Positions 1 through 10,757 of a stretch of 25,567 bases of DNA are shown piece after piece. Position 1 is the stretch's first letter; the number at the start of each line of letters is the position of its first letter. The position numbers were made by a program, and so were the translations under genes. The notes under the pieces were generated by a model, which worked only from the letters and a program-made list of their open reading frames with translations, was not told where the DNA came from and searched no databases. This DNA is from a virus (lineage: Duplodnaviria > Heunggongvirae > Uroviricota > Caudoviricetes): the IMG/VR virus record IMGVR_UViG_2925914267_000006, positions 1-25,567 of that record; one strand, 5' to 3'.

Positions 1-276
1 GTGGCTTCTGTTTCTATCAGCTGTCCCTCCTGTTCAGCTACTGACGGGGTGGTGCGTAACGGCAAAAGCACCGCCGGACATCAGCGCTATCTCTGCTCTC
101 ACTGCCGTAAAACATGGCAACTGCAGTTCACTTACACCGCTTCTCAACCCGGTACGCACCAGAAAATCATTGATATGGCCATGAATGGCGTTGGATGCCG
201 GGCAACTGCCCGCATTATGGGCGTTGGCCTCAACACGATTTTACGTCACTTAAAAAACTCAGGCCGCAGTCGGTAA
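1..276 (+). CDS. insA: IS1 InsA (transposition repressor / N-terminal part of the InsAB' transposase)
   Basis: The 91-aa ORF starting with GTG ([24 protein letters not shown]...) matches IS1 InsA as recalled. Confidence 0.92.
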
Positions 277-698
277 CCTCGCGCATACAGCCGGGCAGTG
301 ACGTCATCGTCTGCGCGGAAATGGACGAACAGTGGGGATACGTCGGGGCTAAATCGCGCCAGCGCTGGCTGTTTTACGCGTATGACAGGCTCCGGAAGAC
401 GGTTGTTGCGCACGTATTCGGTGAACGCACTATGGCGACGCTGGGGCGTCTTATGAGCCTGCTGTCACCCTTTGACGTGGTGATATGGATGACGGATGGC
501 TGGCCGCTGTATGAATCCCGCCTGAAGGGAAAGCTGCACGTAATCAGCAAGCGATATACGCAGCGAATTGAGCGGCATAACCTGAATCTGAGGCAGCACC
601 TGGCACGGCTGGGACGGAAGTCGCTGTCGTTCTCAAAATCGGTGGAGCTGCATGACAAAGTCATCGGGCATTATCTGAACATAAAACACTATCAATAA
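195..698 (+). CDS. insB: IS1 InsB reading frame (made as an InsAB' fusion by -1 frameshift)
   Basis: The 167-aa frame overlapping the insA 3' end matches IS1 InsB as recalled. The coordinates are those of the ORF track; the true product arises by frameshifting from insA. Confidence 0.88.
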
Positions 699-757
699 GT
701 TGGAGTCATTACCCTTCAGACAATACAAATCAGCGACACTGAATACGGGGCAACCTC

Positions 758-952
758 ATGTCAACGAAGAACAGAACCCGCAGAACAACAACCCGCAACA
801 TCCGCTTTCCTAACCAAATGATTGAACAAATTAACATCGCTCTTGAGCAAAAAGGGTCCGGGAATTTCTCAGCCTGGGTCATTGAAGCCTGCCGTCGGAG
901 ACTAACGTCAGAAAAGAGAGCATATACATCAATTAAAAGTGATGAAGAATGA
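758..952 (+). CDS. ylcI: Small 64-aa protein, likely the DLP12 YlcI homolog, with a ribbon-helix-helix-like N-terminus
   Basis: The ORF sits immediately right of IS1; its size and position match DLP12 ylcI. The segment IRFPNQMIEQINIALEQKG...FSAWVIEACRRRL looks like an RHH DNA-binding fold. The symbol is assigned from recall with moderate certainty. Confidence 0.55.
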   Translation: MSTKNRTRRTTTRNIRFPNQMIEQINIALEQKGSGNFSAWVIEACRRRLTSEKRAYTSIKSDEE

Positions 953-1116
953 ACATCCCGCGTTCTTCCCTCCGAACAGGACGATATTGTAAATTCACTT
1001 AATTACGAGGGCATTGCAGTAATTGAGTTGCAGTTTTACCACTTTCCTGACAGTGACAGACTGCGTGTTGGCTCTGTCACAGGCTAAATAGTTTGAATGA
1101 TTAGCAGTTATGGTGA

Positions 1117-1323
1117 TCAGTCAACCACCAGGGAATAATCCTTCATATTATTATCGTGCTTCACCAACGCTGCCTCAATTGCTCTGAATGCTTCCAGAGA
1201 CACCTTATGTTCTATACATGCAATTACAACATCAGGGTAACTCATAGAAATGGTGCTATTAAGCATATTTTTTACACGAATCAGATCCACGGAGGGATCA
1301 TCAGCAGATTGTTCTTTATTCAT
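1117..1323 (-). CDS. ybcW: 68-aa hypothetical protein, likely YbcW homolog
   Basis: A 68-aa ORF divergent from ybcV; the size and neighbourhood match DLP12 ybcW. Confidence 0.5.
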
Positions 1324-1608
1324 TTTGTCGCTCCATGCGCTTGCTCTTCATCTAGCGGTTAAAATATTACTTCAAATCTTTCTGTATGAAGATTTGAGCA
1401 CGTTGGCCTTACATACATCTGTCGGTTGTATTTCCCTCCAGAATGCCAGCAGGACCGCACTTTGTTACGCAACCAATACTATTAAGTGAAAACATTCCTA
1501 ATATTTGACATAAATCATCAACAAAACACAAAGAGGTCAGACCAGATTGAAACGATAAAAACGATAATGCAAACTACGCGCCCTCGTATCACATGGAAGG
1601 TTTTACCA

Positions 1609-2019
1609 ATGGCTCAGGTTGCCATTTTTAAAGAAATATTCGATCAAGTGCGAAAAGATTTAAACTGTGAATTGTTTTATTCTGAACTAAAACGTCACAA
1701 CGTCTCACATTATATTTACTATCTAGCCACAGATAATATTCACATCGTGTTAGAAAACGATAACACTGTGTTAATAAAAGGACTTAAAAAGGTTGTAAAT
1801 GTTAAATTCTCAAGAAACACGCATCTTATAGAAACGTCCTATGATAGGTTGAAATCAAGAGAAATCACATTTCAGCAATACAGGGAAAATCTTGCTAAAG
1901 CAGGAGTTTTCCGATGGGTTACAAATATCCATGAACATAAAAGATATTACTATACCTTTGATAATTCATTACTATTTACTGAGAGCATTCAGAACACTAC
2001 ACAAATCTTTCCACGCTAA
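1609..2019 (+). CDS. ybcV: DUF1398-family protein YbcV (136 aa)
   Basis: The 177-aa ORF contains an internal start ([13 protein letters not shown]...) that yields exactly 136 aa, as in DLP12 YbcV; it lies next to bor. Confidence 0.65.
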   Translation: MAQVAIFKEIFDQVRKDLNCELFYSELKRHNVSHYIYYLATDNIHIVLENDNTVLIKGLKKVVNVKFSRNTHLIETSYDRLKSREITFQQYRENLAKAGVFRWVTNIHEHKRYYYTFDNSLLFTESIQNTTQIFPR

Positions 2020-2309
2020 ATCATAACGTCCGGTTTCTTCCGTGTCAGCACCGGGGCGTTGGCATAATGCAATACGTGTACGCGCTAAACCCTGTGTGCA
2101 TCGTTTTTAATTATTCCCGGACACTCCCGCAGAGAAGTTCCCCGTCAGGGCTGTGGACATAGTTAATCCGGGAATACAATGACGATTCATCGCACCTGAC
2201 ATACATTAATAAATATTAACAATATGAAATTTCAACTCATTGTTTAGGGTTTGTTTAATTTTCTACACATACGATTCTGCGAACTTCAAAAAGCATCGGG
2301 AATAACACC

Positions 2310-2603
2310 ATGAAAAAAATGCTACTCGCTACTGCGCTGGCCCTGCTTATTACAGGATGTGCTCAACAGACGTTTACTGTTCAAAACAAACCGGCAGCAG
2401 TAGCACCAAAGGAAACCATCACCCATCATTTCTTCGTTTCTGGAATTGGGCAGAAGAAAACTGTCGATGCAGCCAAAATTTGTGGCGGCGCAGAAAATGT
2501 TGTTAAAACAGAAACCCAGCAAACATTCGTAAATGGATTGCTCGGTTTTATTACTTTAGGCATTTATACTCCGCTGGAAGCGCGTGTGTATTGCTCACAA
2601 TAA
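2310..2603 (+). CDS. borD: Bor lipoprotein (serum-resistance lipoprotein of lambdoid phages)
   Basis: 97-aa protein with a lipoprotein signal peptide and lipobox (LLITGC); the sequence matches Bor as recalled, and it is convergent with Rz as in lambda. Confidence 0.9.
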   Translation: MKKMLLATALALLITGCAQQTFTVQNKPAAVAPKETITHHFFVSGIGQKKTVDAAKICGGAENVVKTETQQTFVNGLLGFITLGIYTPLEARVYCSQ

Positions 2604-2609
2604 TTGCAT

Positions 2610-2635
2610 GAGTTGCCCATCGATATGGGCAACTC
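2610..2635. terminator. Shared hairpin between the convergent bor and Rz genes (bidirectional terminator candidate)
   Basis: Perfect 10-bp inverted repeat gagttgccca / tgggcaactc with a 6-nt loop, lying between the bor stop and the Rz stop. Confidence 0.5.
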
Positions 2636-3111
2636 TATCTGCACTGCTCATTAATATACTTCTGGGTTCCTTCCAGTTGTTTTTGCATAGTGATCAGCCT
2701 CTCTCTGAGGGTGAAATAATCCCGTTCAGCGGTGTCTGCCAGTCGGGGGGAGGCTGCATTATCCACGCCGGAGGCGGTGGTGGCTTCACGCACTGACTGA
2801 CAGACTGCTTTGATGTGCAACCGACGACGACCAGCGGCAACATCATCACGCAGAGCATCATTTTCAGCTTTAGCATCAGCTAACTCCTTCGTGTATTTTG
2901 CATCGAGCGCAGCAACATCACGCTGACGCATCTGCATGTCAGTAATTGCCGCGTTCGCCAGCTTCAGTTCTCTGGCATTTTTGTCGCGCTGGGCTTTGTA
3001 GGTAATCGCGTTATCGCGGTAATGATTAACCGCCCATGAAAGGCAGACGATGACGCAGATAACCAGAGCATAAATAATCGCGGCGACTCTGCTCACTGAT
3101 CTATCCCCCAA
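2635..3111 (-). CDS. rzpD: Rz i-spanin (start uncertain, possibly GTG near 3096)
   Basis: Has an N-terminal transmembrane segment and a coiled-coil periplasmic domain, and matches RzpD as recalled. It overlaps the endolysin stop and contains Rz1 in another frame. Confidence 0.85.
   Translation of the reverse strand: MGDRSVSRVAAIIYALVICVIVCLSWAVNHYRDNAITYKAQRDKNARELKLANAAITDMQMRQRDVAALDAKYTKELADAKAENDALRDDVAAGRRRLHIKAVCQSVREATTASGVDNAASPRLADTAERDYFTLRERLITMQKQLEGTQKYINEQCR
2694..2876 (-). CDS. rzoD: Rz1 o-spanin lipoprotein embedded in Rz
   Basis: 60-aa ORF lying wholly inside Rz in another frame, with a lipobox (VVVGC) and a proline-rich stretch ([13 protein letters not shown]). Confidence 0.85.
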   Translation of the reverse strand: MLKLKMMLCVMMLPLVVVGCTSKQSVSQCVKPPPPPAWIMQPPPDWQTPLNGIISPSERG

Positions 3112-3626
3112 CAGGCTAATGCGCTTTCCTGGTCACGACGAATAACCTGTCCATAGCAGTTATTTGAACGTATGCGGCAATCGCGCCCACCATCTTTTAT
3201 CCACCAGCGAATCGCCTCGCATGCACCTTTACGATCACCGGCATTCAGCCGCTTATAAAACGTCGACGGGAAACACTTACCGGGGCCAATGTTATAGGGA
3301 CAAAATGACGCGATACCCGCTTTCTGTGGTTCGGTCAGTGGCACTTTAATATTGCGCTCCACCCATGCCAGCGCCTTATCCCGTTCAATGGCGTTAACCT
3401 GGTCGCATTTTTCCTTCGACAGTTTCATACCGGGAAAAACGGGTTTTCCATCCACCACCGTGGCACCCCGACAGATGGTCCAGATGCCGGAACCATCGCG
3501 GTATGCCGTTGTGTGGTTACCTTCTTTTTCATCCAGAAACTGGTCGAGAATATCAGGCGCAGGCGCACCGACGGCAATCAGTGCCAGAACGGCAGCCGAC
3601 AGGCCGTATCTGATTTTTGCGTTCAT
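3093..3626 (-). CDS. rrrD: SAR-endolysin (T4-type lysozyme fold with an N-terminal signal-anchor)
   Basis: The N-terminal hydrophobic SAR segment ([15 protein letters not shown]) is followed by an E-x8-D-x5-T catalytic pattern ([16 protein letters not shown]). It lies between the holin and Rz. Confidence 0.88.
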   Translation of the reverse strand: MNAKIRYGLSAAVLALIAVGAPAPDILDQFLDEKEGNHTTAYRDGSGIWTICRGATVVDGKPVFPGMKLSKEKCDQVNAIERDKALAWVERNIKVPLTEPQKAGIASFCPYNIGPGKCFPSTFYKRLNAGDRKGACEAIRWWIKDGGRDCRIRSNNCYGQVIRRDQESALACWGIDQ

Positions 3627-3969
3627 GGATATTTATCAGGATTTATCGGTTTCTGAACCCTGGATATGTTTATCTGTCCCGGCCTGTTGAATCAGGCAAG
3701 GAATAGTTAAATACAATAGAGAGGATTGTTTATGGACAATAGCACCATTTCTCTACAGGAGTTGCTCGACTGCATTTCCAAGCTTCGGGATGATGTAAAT
3801 GCCCTTACTGTCGCATTTTAATATCTGGCATTCTCAATTCCCAAGGAACAAATGCAACCAACACTGGCATCGCTCCAGCTTGAATCACTCAACCCCAAAT
3901 GGTCCCAGCAACAACAAAATTCTTTCAAGTGGCTGGCGGTATTACTGGAAGAAAAATATGCTGGTGAAA

Positions 3970-4314
3970 TTACCATTTCGGCGGAGTCTTCAGAGAACCA
4001 GTAATTCTTCCCGGTAGCTTTCCTTTGTAGGTTATCCACACATTCTGCGCCTCTAAAATTATGGGGCGCTTTTCCGGCGACAGCTCATCCCCTTCACATA
4101 ACCCGGCAGCAACATCCAGGAAGACCTGTCTGATGCTCCTTCTGGCTGCTGCCTCATAAAACTCCAGCGCGGCACCTTCAACACGGTCCAGCGAGATGTC
4201 CAGGTCAAAAATTTCACCGTCAAAGCGTTTTTTGTCCCGTAACGCTAAAGTTACCGTAACTTTATTCTCAAAATTGCGGATCCCTTTCACAATCAGTTCA
4301 TAGTTTTGAGTCAT
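3970..4314 (-). CDS. Hypothetical 114-aa protein inserted between pinholin and endolysin, possibly DUF1327/YdfR-like
   Basis: The start lies 4 nt after the holin stop, with a GGGGAGAG ribosome-binding site. A comparable holin - ydfR - lysozyme order exists in the Qin prophage by recall; the family assignment is unverified. Confidence 0.5.
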   Translation of the reverse strand: MTQNYELIVKGIRNFENKVTVTLALRDKKRFDGEIFDLDISLDRVEGAALEFYEAAARRSIRQVFLDVAAGLCEGDELSPEKRPIILEAQNVWITYKGKLPGRITGSLKTPPKW

Positions 4315-4318
4315 TGAA

Positions 4319-4534
4319 TTACTCTCCCCGTGCAGCCTTACGCTTGTCTTCTTTAATCTTGAAATAAAGGTTTGTCAGGTACGTCAGCAGGCCAAATACC
4401 AGGCTACCCAGCACACCTATTGCTGCCCACTGTGAGGGCGTGACTTTATCGAGCAGCTGTAAAAACCAGTAACCGGCACTACCTGCTGAGGTGCCATAGG
4501 CGACACCCGTTGTTAACTTATCCATGGATTTCAT
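4319..4534 (-). CDS. essD: Class II pinholin (phage 21 S21-like) with a dual-start motif
   Basis: 71-aa protein [26 protein letters not shown]... with two transmembrane segments and a charged C-terminus; it matches S21/EssD as recalled. Confidence 0.9.
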
Positions 4535-4644
4535 AACCCCACCTCGCAGACAAAGCGGGTGTAAATTGAGGGAATACTACGAAACGTAACAGACTCGGAG
4601 TCAGTGAATAACTCAGGTATTGGGTTATCAGCTAATATCGAGAC

Positions 4645-4680
4645 TCAAAAAATGGAAAAACCCGCTCGACGGCGGGTTTA
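4645..4680 (-). terminator. Rho-independent terminator on the minus strand upstream of the holin (tR'-like)
   Basis: On the minus strand the stem aaacccgc / gcgggttt (6-nt loop) is followed by ttccatttttt, about 110 nt upstream of the essD start. This is the expected position of the late-operon terminator. Confidence 0.5.
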
Positions 4681-5107
4681 AGCTGTGTGACGAAGTAACC
4701 ACTCTTAACAGCATAACCAATTTTTTACGTACGTAAACCACAAAATGATATTTGCGAGAATGCTACCGAGTATTGAAAACACCACTACAAATACATAAGC
4801 AAATCTCAACAAATAACCAACAAATAATTTCCAGTGTTATTTTTAGCCGATTTAAATTGAACCTTCAAATTACAGAGCACTTATAAATAACAGCCGTTAA
4901 TATAAATTGGCTAATAGATTTATTTTTATTCAGCCAAGAGCCATGAATAGGATTCGATAGAAAAAAGTTCAGATAAAAATAGAGATCTACTTCACAAATC
5001 AAACGAGAAACCAAAACTTACATCTTGAAATAATCACATTGATTAGATGAATATTTATCGCGCAGTGACATCATTTTTTAATAATAGTTCAAAAAAAAGG
5101 GCTCACG

Positions 5108-6190
5108 ATGAAAAAATTAACAGTGGCAATTTCTGCTGTAGCTGCATCAGTACTGATGGCGATGTCTGCTCAGGCAGCTGAAATTTATAATAAAGACAGT
5201 AACAAGCTGGATCTGTACGGGAAAGTTAATGCTAAGCACTACTTCTCCTCTAATGATGCAGATGATGGTGATACTACTTATGCCCGTCTTGGCTTCAAAG
5301 GTGAAACCCAAATCAACGATCAACTGACTGGTTTCGGTCAGTGGGAATATGAATTCAAAGGCAACCGCGCTGAATCTCAAGGTTCCTCCAAAGATAAAAC
5401 CCGTCTTGCCTTCGCTGGCCTGAAATTCGGTGACTACGGCTCCATCGATTATGGCCGTAACTACGGTGTAGCATACGATATTGGTGCATGGACCGACGTT
5501 CTGCCAGAATTCGGTGGCGATACCTGGACCCAAACAGATGTATTCATGACTGGTCGCACCACAGGTGTTGCAACTTATCGTAACAACGACTTCTTTGGTC
5601 TGGTTGATGGCCTGAACTTTGCAGCTCAGTATCAGGGCAAAAATGACCGAAATGAAGTAACTGAAGCTAATGGCGATGGTTTCGGTTTCTCAACTACTTA
5701 TGAGTATGAAGGATTCGGCGTGGGTGCAACCTATGCTAAATCTGATCGCACTAATAATCAGGTTATCTACGGTAACAACGGTCTGAATGCTTCTGGTCAA
5801 AATGCTGAAGTATGGGCAGCTGGTCTGAAATATGATGCGAACAACATCTATCTGGCCACCACCTATTCTGAAACCCAGAACATGACTGTTTTTGGTAATA
5901 ACCATATTGCCAACAAAGCACAAAACTTCGAAGCTGTTGCACAATATCAGTTCGACTTCGGCCTGCGTCCATCCGTTGCTTACCTGCATTCTAAAGGAAA
6001 AGACTTGGGTGTTTGGGGTGATCAGGACCTGGTTGAATATGTTGATGTAGGTGCAACCTATTACTTCAACAAAAATATGTCCACTTTTGTTGACTACAAA
6101 ATCAACCTGATTGATAAGAGCGATTTCACGAAAGCATCTGGCGTTGCTACCGATGATATCGTTGCTGTAGGTATGGTTTACCAGTTCTAA
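5108..6190 (+). CDS. nmpC: Intact general porin of the OmpC/NmpC/OmpD family (prophage-borne Lc-type porin)
   Basis: 360-aa protein with a signal peptide (ending AQA) and the porin C-terminal ...VGMVYQF; it matches NmpC as recalled and is full length here. Its upstream region looks AT-rich by eye. Confidence 0.9.
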   Translation: MKKLTVAISAVAASVLMAMSAQAAEIYNKDSNKLDLYGKVNAKHYFSSNDADDGDTTYARLGFKGETQINDQLTGFGQWEYEFKGNRAESQGSSKDKTRLAFAGLKFGDYGSIDYGRNYGVAYDIGAWTDVLPEFGGDTWTQTDVFMTGRTTGVATYRNNDFFGLVDGLNFAAQYQGKNDRNEVTEANGDGFGFSTTYEYEGFGVGATYAKSDRTNNQVIYGNNGLNASGQNAEVWAAGLKYDANNIYLATTYSETQNMTVFGNNHIANKAQNFEAVAQYQFDFGLRPSVAYLHSKGKDLGVWGDQDLVEYVDVGATYYFNKNMSTFVDYKINLIDKSDFTKASGVATDDIVAVGMVYQF

Positions 6191-6327
6191 TTTGATTACT
6201 AAAAGATATGTTGTGGGAGGCTTTGCCTCCCCAACATATAAGTGGCTCCCTCAAGCCACTTCCTTTAGAAGCACAACCTTGCTTCTAACTATACAAACCT
6301 TCTGTTATATATTACCCTTTATTTTTG

Positions 6328-6352
6328 GGGGCGCTTCAACGCCCCATTTTTA
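6328..6352 (+). terminator. Rho-independent terminator downstream of the porin gene
   Basis: GC stem ggggcg / cgcccc with loop cttcaa, followed by atttttaat; it is the last of four tandem hairpins. Confidence 0.6.
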
Positions 6353-6386
6353 ATAACTTTTAGTAAATAATTGGCGTATTAATTAG

Positions 6387-7581
<1,195 letters not shown>

Positions 7582-7604
7582 TTAGTTGATTGTTATCTCT
7601 GACT

Positions 7605-7745
7605 TCATACTCCTGCTCCTGTCAGGGTTTTGGCGTAACTCTTCAGTATTCGGTAATCGGTCAAAACAGAACCGGGGAAACGATATAAGCGCAGGCGCAC
7701 CCAGCGGCGGCGAAGACGTTCTGCCATATAAGACTCAAACATCAT
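7605..7745 (-). CDS. ylcG: YlcG small protein (46 aa)
   Basis: Translated by hand from the minus strand as [46 protein letters not shown]. It follows the rusA stop directly and is absent from the ORF track because it is under 60 aa. Confidence 0.7.
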   Translation of the reverse strand: MMFESYMAERLRRRWVRLRLYRFPGSVLTDYRILKSYAKTLTGAGV

Positions 7746-8104
7746 TCATCTCCCAGTTCAGTGATGGTCAGTTCCAGCTTCCCACCTTTGGTAACAGGCA
7801 TCTTCACAACGCGGTAATCAACGACCAGCTCATCATCCAGCCAGAAACCTGCTTTAGTGAGTGCGTCAAAAGCGGCTTTTTGCAGATTATCCAGGTCACG
7901 GCGACGGCGATCCGGCATGTGGCACTCAATGCGGATTTTCACAGGCATAGCCAGACCGATATCCAGCATTGAGCCTTTAATGATTCGGGCGACGTTATCG
8001 CGGTATGCCTGCCCTTCTGCGCTGATGTGCGTGCGCCCTCGATTATGGCGGTAGTAGCGGTTATTGCTCGGCGGCCAGGGTAGTGTGATGTGGTAAGTAT
8101 TCAC
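7742..8104 (-). CDS. rusA: RusA Holliday-junction resolvase
   Basis: 120-aa protein [26 protein letters not shown]... matching RusA as recalled. Confidence 0.93.
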   Translation of the reverse strand: MNTYHITLPWPPSNNRYYRHNRGRTHISAEGQAYRDNVARIIKGSMLDIGLAMPVKIRIECHMPDRRRRDLDNLQKAAFDALTKAGFWLDDELVVDYRVVKMPVTKGGKLELTITELGDE

Positions 8105-8391
8105 GCCTTAATTACCCCCTCTTTCAGCCAGATAACCTGCGTTCTCGCCATACCTTCCAGCGCGCATTCTTTTGCATATCCAGCGTCAACAAAATGCGTG
8201 CGGCGGTCGATTTCGTCGTGGCAGGCAGAACATGCAATGGTGGCAATCAGGTCTGGCGGTTTCGTACCGGTGCCGCACAATCCAGTCAGCCGGATATGTG
8301 CCAGTACAGACGTTTCAGGGTTGCCATTACATACGCCAGGGATTCTTACCTGGCATTCCCGACCACGCGCTGCTTTTCTCAAATCAGCCAT
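8101..8391 (-). CDS. ybcO: YbcO (DUF1364 phage protein)
   Basis: An internal start ([28 protein letters not shown]...) gives a 96-aa cysteine-rich protein matching YbcO as recalled; the alternative start at 8430 is considered less likely. Confidence 0.75.
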   Translation of the reverse strand: MADLRKAARGRECQVRIPGVCNGNPETSVLAHIRLTGLCGTGTKPPDLIATIACSACHDEIDRRTHFVDAGYAKECALEGMARTQVIWLKEGVIKA

Positions 8392-8554
8392 GATTCCTCC
8401 TTGCTGCCAGTCGCAACCATTTTTTATCAACCAGGCTAGCGGTATATCCGAGCAGTGTTGGTATTTCGGATGGCTTCAGCTCAGGTTTACGCTTACGACG
8501 ATTTGGTACTTTGTAGATGTGTCCGTTCATGACACGAATAAGCGGTGTAGCCAT
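8384..8554 (-). CDS. ninE: NinE-family protein
   Basis: 56 aa from MATPLIRVMNGHIYKVPNRRKRKPELKP...; a small basic protein resembling lambda NinE and placed as in the nin region. Confidence 0.7.
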   Translation of the reverse strand: MATPLIRVMNGHIYKVPNRRKRKPELKPSEIPTLLGYTASLVDKKWLRLAARRNHG

Positions 8555-9013
8555 TACGCCTCCTGCTTGTCGCGCAGCAGCTGAAACTCGCAGCTCTGTG
8601 GAATAGTCAGGTGGCAACCAATATTCATCGCCCAGGCTTCAACCTTACACAGGAAGACATACATCTCTCCGGTATCAAGATCGGAGGTATGGCGTAACGA
8701 CTGGATAGTGGTGATATCACCGGTTACGACATCAACCAGGTCTTTGGTTTCATAACCGAGATATGTGTGTTTGAGAGCATCTTTTACCCAAGCTGGAGTG
8801 GCGAACGTTTTACCCTTGCTGATGAGGTATTCACTGATTTCGCTGTACCACATGTGGCTGAGTGCATTCTGGGAAAGACTGCGTCTCTCGCGCCACGGTT
8901 TAAGCACCATGCGAAAGCATTTGCCGTCCTCCAGATAAGGCTGGATCTGCCGACCAATAGCGGTGAAGTTTGAGGTGTACTGGCAATAGCGGACACTACC
9001 ATTTGTTCTTTTT

Positions 9014-9832
9014 TTAAGCAGCCATCTGATGATATTTTTCCCTGAAGGCTGCCGGGGAGATATTCCCCAGACGAGAGTGACGACGCTGACGATTGTAGAA
9101 AATCTCAATGTATTCCCGTATTACTGAGATGGCTTCATCCCGGTTATTAAAACGATAGTGGCTCAGGCTCTCATTTTTCAGCGTTCCCCAGAAGCTTTCC
9201 ATCGGAGCGTTGTCGTAACAGTTACCTTTACGCGACATTGATGTTTTCAGACCAAACTGCTCCTGTATGACCCGGTAATCGTATGCGCAGTACTGTGAAC
9301 CTCGATCAGAGTGGTGGATTAGCCCGGCAGGTGGGCGCTGGCTCCTGAGCGCCATAAACAGGGCTTTACCTGTCAGCTCTTTTGTCATGCGCTCTCCCAT
9401 GGCGTAGCCGACAATTTCGCACGTATAAACATCTTTGATGCCAGCGAGGTACAACCATCCCTCCTGTGTGGCAACATACGTCAGGTCCGCCACCCAGACC
9501 TGATTTGGTGCTGTAGGAGCGAACGTCTGGTTCAGCAGATTTGGCGCAACTGGCAGATTGTGGTTCGAGTTCGTAGTCGCTCTGAACTTGCGTTTCTGCT
9601 TACAGCGTAGCCTTAGCTCCTTACGAAGACGTGCCAGTCGGTCACGACCAACGATGATGCCATTCTCTGCCAGCTCCGTCTGGAGCCGCCGGGTTCCATA
9701 TGTTTCGCGAGTGCGGATATGTGCCACCTTAATCTCCAGTTTTAGCCGCTCATCACTTTGTTTTCTGTCTGAGGGTTCATGCTGTACCCAGTTGTAATAA
9801 CCGCTCCTGGATACACCAAATACCTGACACAT
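9014..9832 (-). CDS. IS3-family transposase OrfB (DDE integrase core)
   Basis: 272-aa ORF with typical IS3-family OrfB motifs (WVADLTYV, HHSDRGSQY, YDNAPMESFWGTLK). Confidence 0.88.
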   Translation of the reverse strand: MCQVFGVSRSGYYNWVQHEPSDRKQSDERLKLEIKVAHIRTRETYGTRRLQTELAENGIIVGRDRLARLRKELRLRCKQKRKFRATTNSNHNLPVAPNLLNQTFAPTAPNQVWVADLTYVATQEGWLYLAGIKDVYTCEIVGYAMGERMTKELTGKALFMALRSQRPPAGLIHHSDRGSQYCAYDYRVIQEQFGLKTSMSRKGNCYDNAPMESFWGTLKNESLSHYRFNNRDEAISVIREYIEIFYNRQRRHSRLGNISPAAFREKYHQMAA

Positions 9833-9867
9833 CGCTTCAATGGGAAATTGTTGTCGCCATTGTTCGA

Positions 9868-10170
9868 TTAACGCGTATTTTTCAGCGACTCCTGTGCAAA
9901 ATACGCTGTTGCTTTTTTTAATATATCTCGCTCAAGGCGAGCTTCATTTAACGCCTTACGCAGTTGCAGAATTTCAGATTCCAGTTCAGCCACCGTGCGG
10001 GAACCAGGAGTACCGAGCCCTTTTCTGGCGGCGGTAACCCATTGCCCTAAAGTGCCTTCAGGAAGAGATAATCGGGAAGCGCCTTCACTGATCGAAAGTT
10101 GATTTTCAAGAACCGTTCTGACAGCTTCGGCTTTGAACTCTTTAGAGTAACGTTGGGTTTTTCTGCTCAT
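9868..10170 (-). CDS. IS3-family transposase OrfA (HTH plus leucine zipper)
   Basis: 100-aa ORF with an HTH and the C-terminal LERDILKKATAYFAQE zipper typical of IS3-family OrfA; an A AAA AAG slippery site lies near its 3' end. Confidence 0.85.
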   Translation of the reverse strand: MSRKTQRYSKEFKAEAVRTVLENQLSISEGASRLSLPEGTLGQWVTAARKGLGTPGSRTVAELESEILQLRKALNEARLERDILKKATAYFAQESLKNTR

Positions 10171-10309
10171 TATTAGCTCCTTCTGATGCCATTCTATTTC
10201 AGGAAGGAGTGTCCGTTAAACTCAGGCTACCTCAGTTACCGCGATGCAGTTTGATGCCATCTTGTGGGAAGTTCACGCTTCACCTCCGCAGAGATCAAAC
10301 GCTGGATGC

Positions 10310-10420
10310 AAAAAAACGCAGGTGCATTTCTGCATCTGTGGCAAGGCGAGGAGTTCAACTTGTGGTCGCATATAATTTCCCAATCATATGCGCAGAAGTC
10401 ACCGCAGGGTGTTCAGGCCA
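10310..10420 (-). repeat. Copy A of a roughly 110-bp repeat with two conserved boxes; contains a minus-strand rho-independent terminator
   Basis: Box 1 (aggtgcatttctgcatctgtg) and box 2 (gcgcagaagtcaccg..gttcaggc) are about 50 nt apart. On the minus strand box 1 forms a stem with a GAAA loop followed by a run of seven T, just upstream of the ninB-like start. Confidence 0.55.
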
Positions 10421-10446
10421 ACGGTGACGGTATTATTGCTTATTGA

Positions 10447-10698
10447 TTATGATTTTTCAATTTCATCAATAACCTTGTGATAGACAATACCAGAAAGGCC
10501 AACAGACAGTGGATGTTCATGAAATATTGGCTCATTTGCATAAACCCAATGCCCGACAAATTCTTCTGGGCTTGATATGTATAACTCACGAAGAAAATGG
10601 AGATCCCTCTCTACAACTAATTTCGTATCGTCCAAGAGCGCTGCATTTACGCTAGTTTTATGGCTGTGCATTAATTTACATTTGGTGAAGGACATCAT
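10447..10698 (-). CDS. Hypothetical 83-aa protein
   Basis: ORF downstream of the Bro-N-like gene on the same strand; no family recognised. Confidence 0.4.
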   Translation of the reverse strand: MMSFTKCKLMHSHKTSVNAALLDDTKLVVERDLHFLRELYISSPEEFVGHWVYANEPIFHEHPLSVGLSGIVYHKVIDEIEKS

Positions 10699-10757
10699 GG
10701 CAAAAGCTCCTTTTTCTTATGAATCCATATGTTAGCTAAATTGGAGAGACACAGTAG

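Larger units (their letters stand above)
1..713 (+). mobile_element. IS1 insertion sequence, left ~55 bp cut off by the window edge
   Basis: InsA and InsB reading frames are recognisable by recall; the right terminus ...aaaacactatcaataagttggagtcattacc ends at 713. No target duplication can be checked because the left end is outside the window. Confidence 0.9.
8971..10234 (-). mobile_element. IS3-family element (IS600-like, 1264 bp) with a 3-bp target duplication GTT
   Basis: Terminal inverted repeats tgaggtgtactggcaatagcggacact (8971) and agtgtccgttaaactcaggctacctca (10234) are present; GTT occurs at 8968-8970 and 10235-10237. An orfA/orfB pair lies inside, with an A-rich slippery tract. Confidence 0.85.
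8554..10276 (-). pseudogene. NinB-like gene split by the IS600-like element (5' stub 10238-10276, 3' part 8554-8970)
   Basis: The 3' part (...WRERRSLSQNALSHMW...) resembles lambda NinB. Removing the IS and one copy of the GTT duplication restores a continuous frame from a GTG with a GGAGG ribosome-binding site. The 184-aa ORF 8554..9108 in the track is an artefact that runs into the IS. Confidence 0.6.

Noticed and set aside
5147-5989. Minus-strand ORFs (128, 99 and 69 aa) overlapping the porin gene
   Set aside because: They are antisense to a well-supported porin coding sequence and have no start context; treated as frame artefacts.
7586-7972. 128-aa plus-strand ORF between IS5 and rusA considered as a Q candidate
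   Set aside because: It overlaps ylcG and rusA on the opposite strand and has no similarity to the Q families of lambda, phage 21 or phage 82 that I can recognise.
8554-9108. 184-aa minus-strand ORF in the six-frame track
   Set aside because: It is a read-through of the 3' part of the NinB-like gene into the terminal repeat of the IS600-like element, not a real gene. The true gene is the interrupted NinB-like frame.
10290-10400. Plus-strand promoter within repeat copy A (catataat as a -10)
   Set aside because: There is no acceptable -35 hexamer at 16-18 bp spacing, so the element is better explained as a minus-strand terminator.
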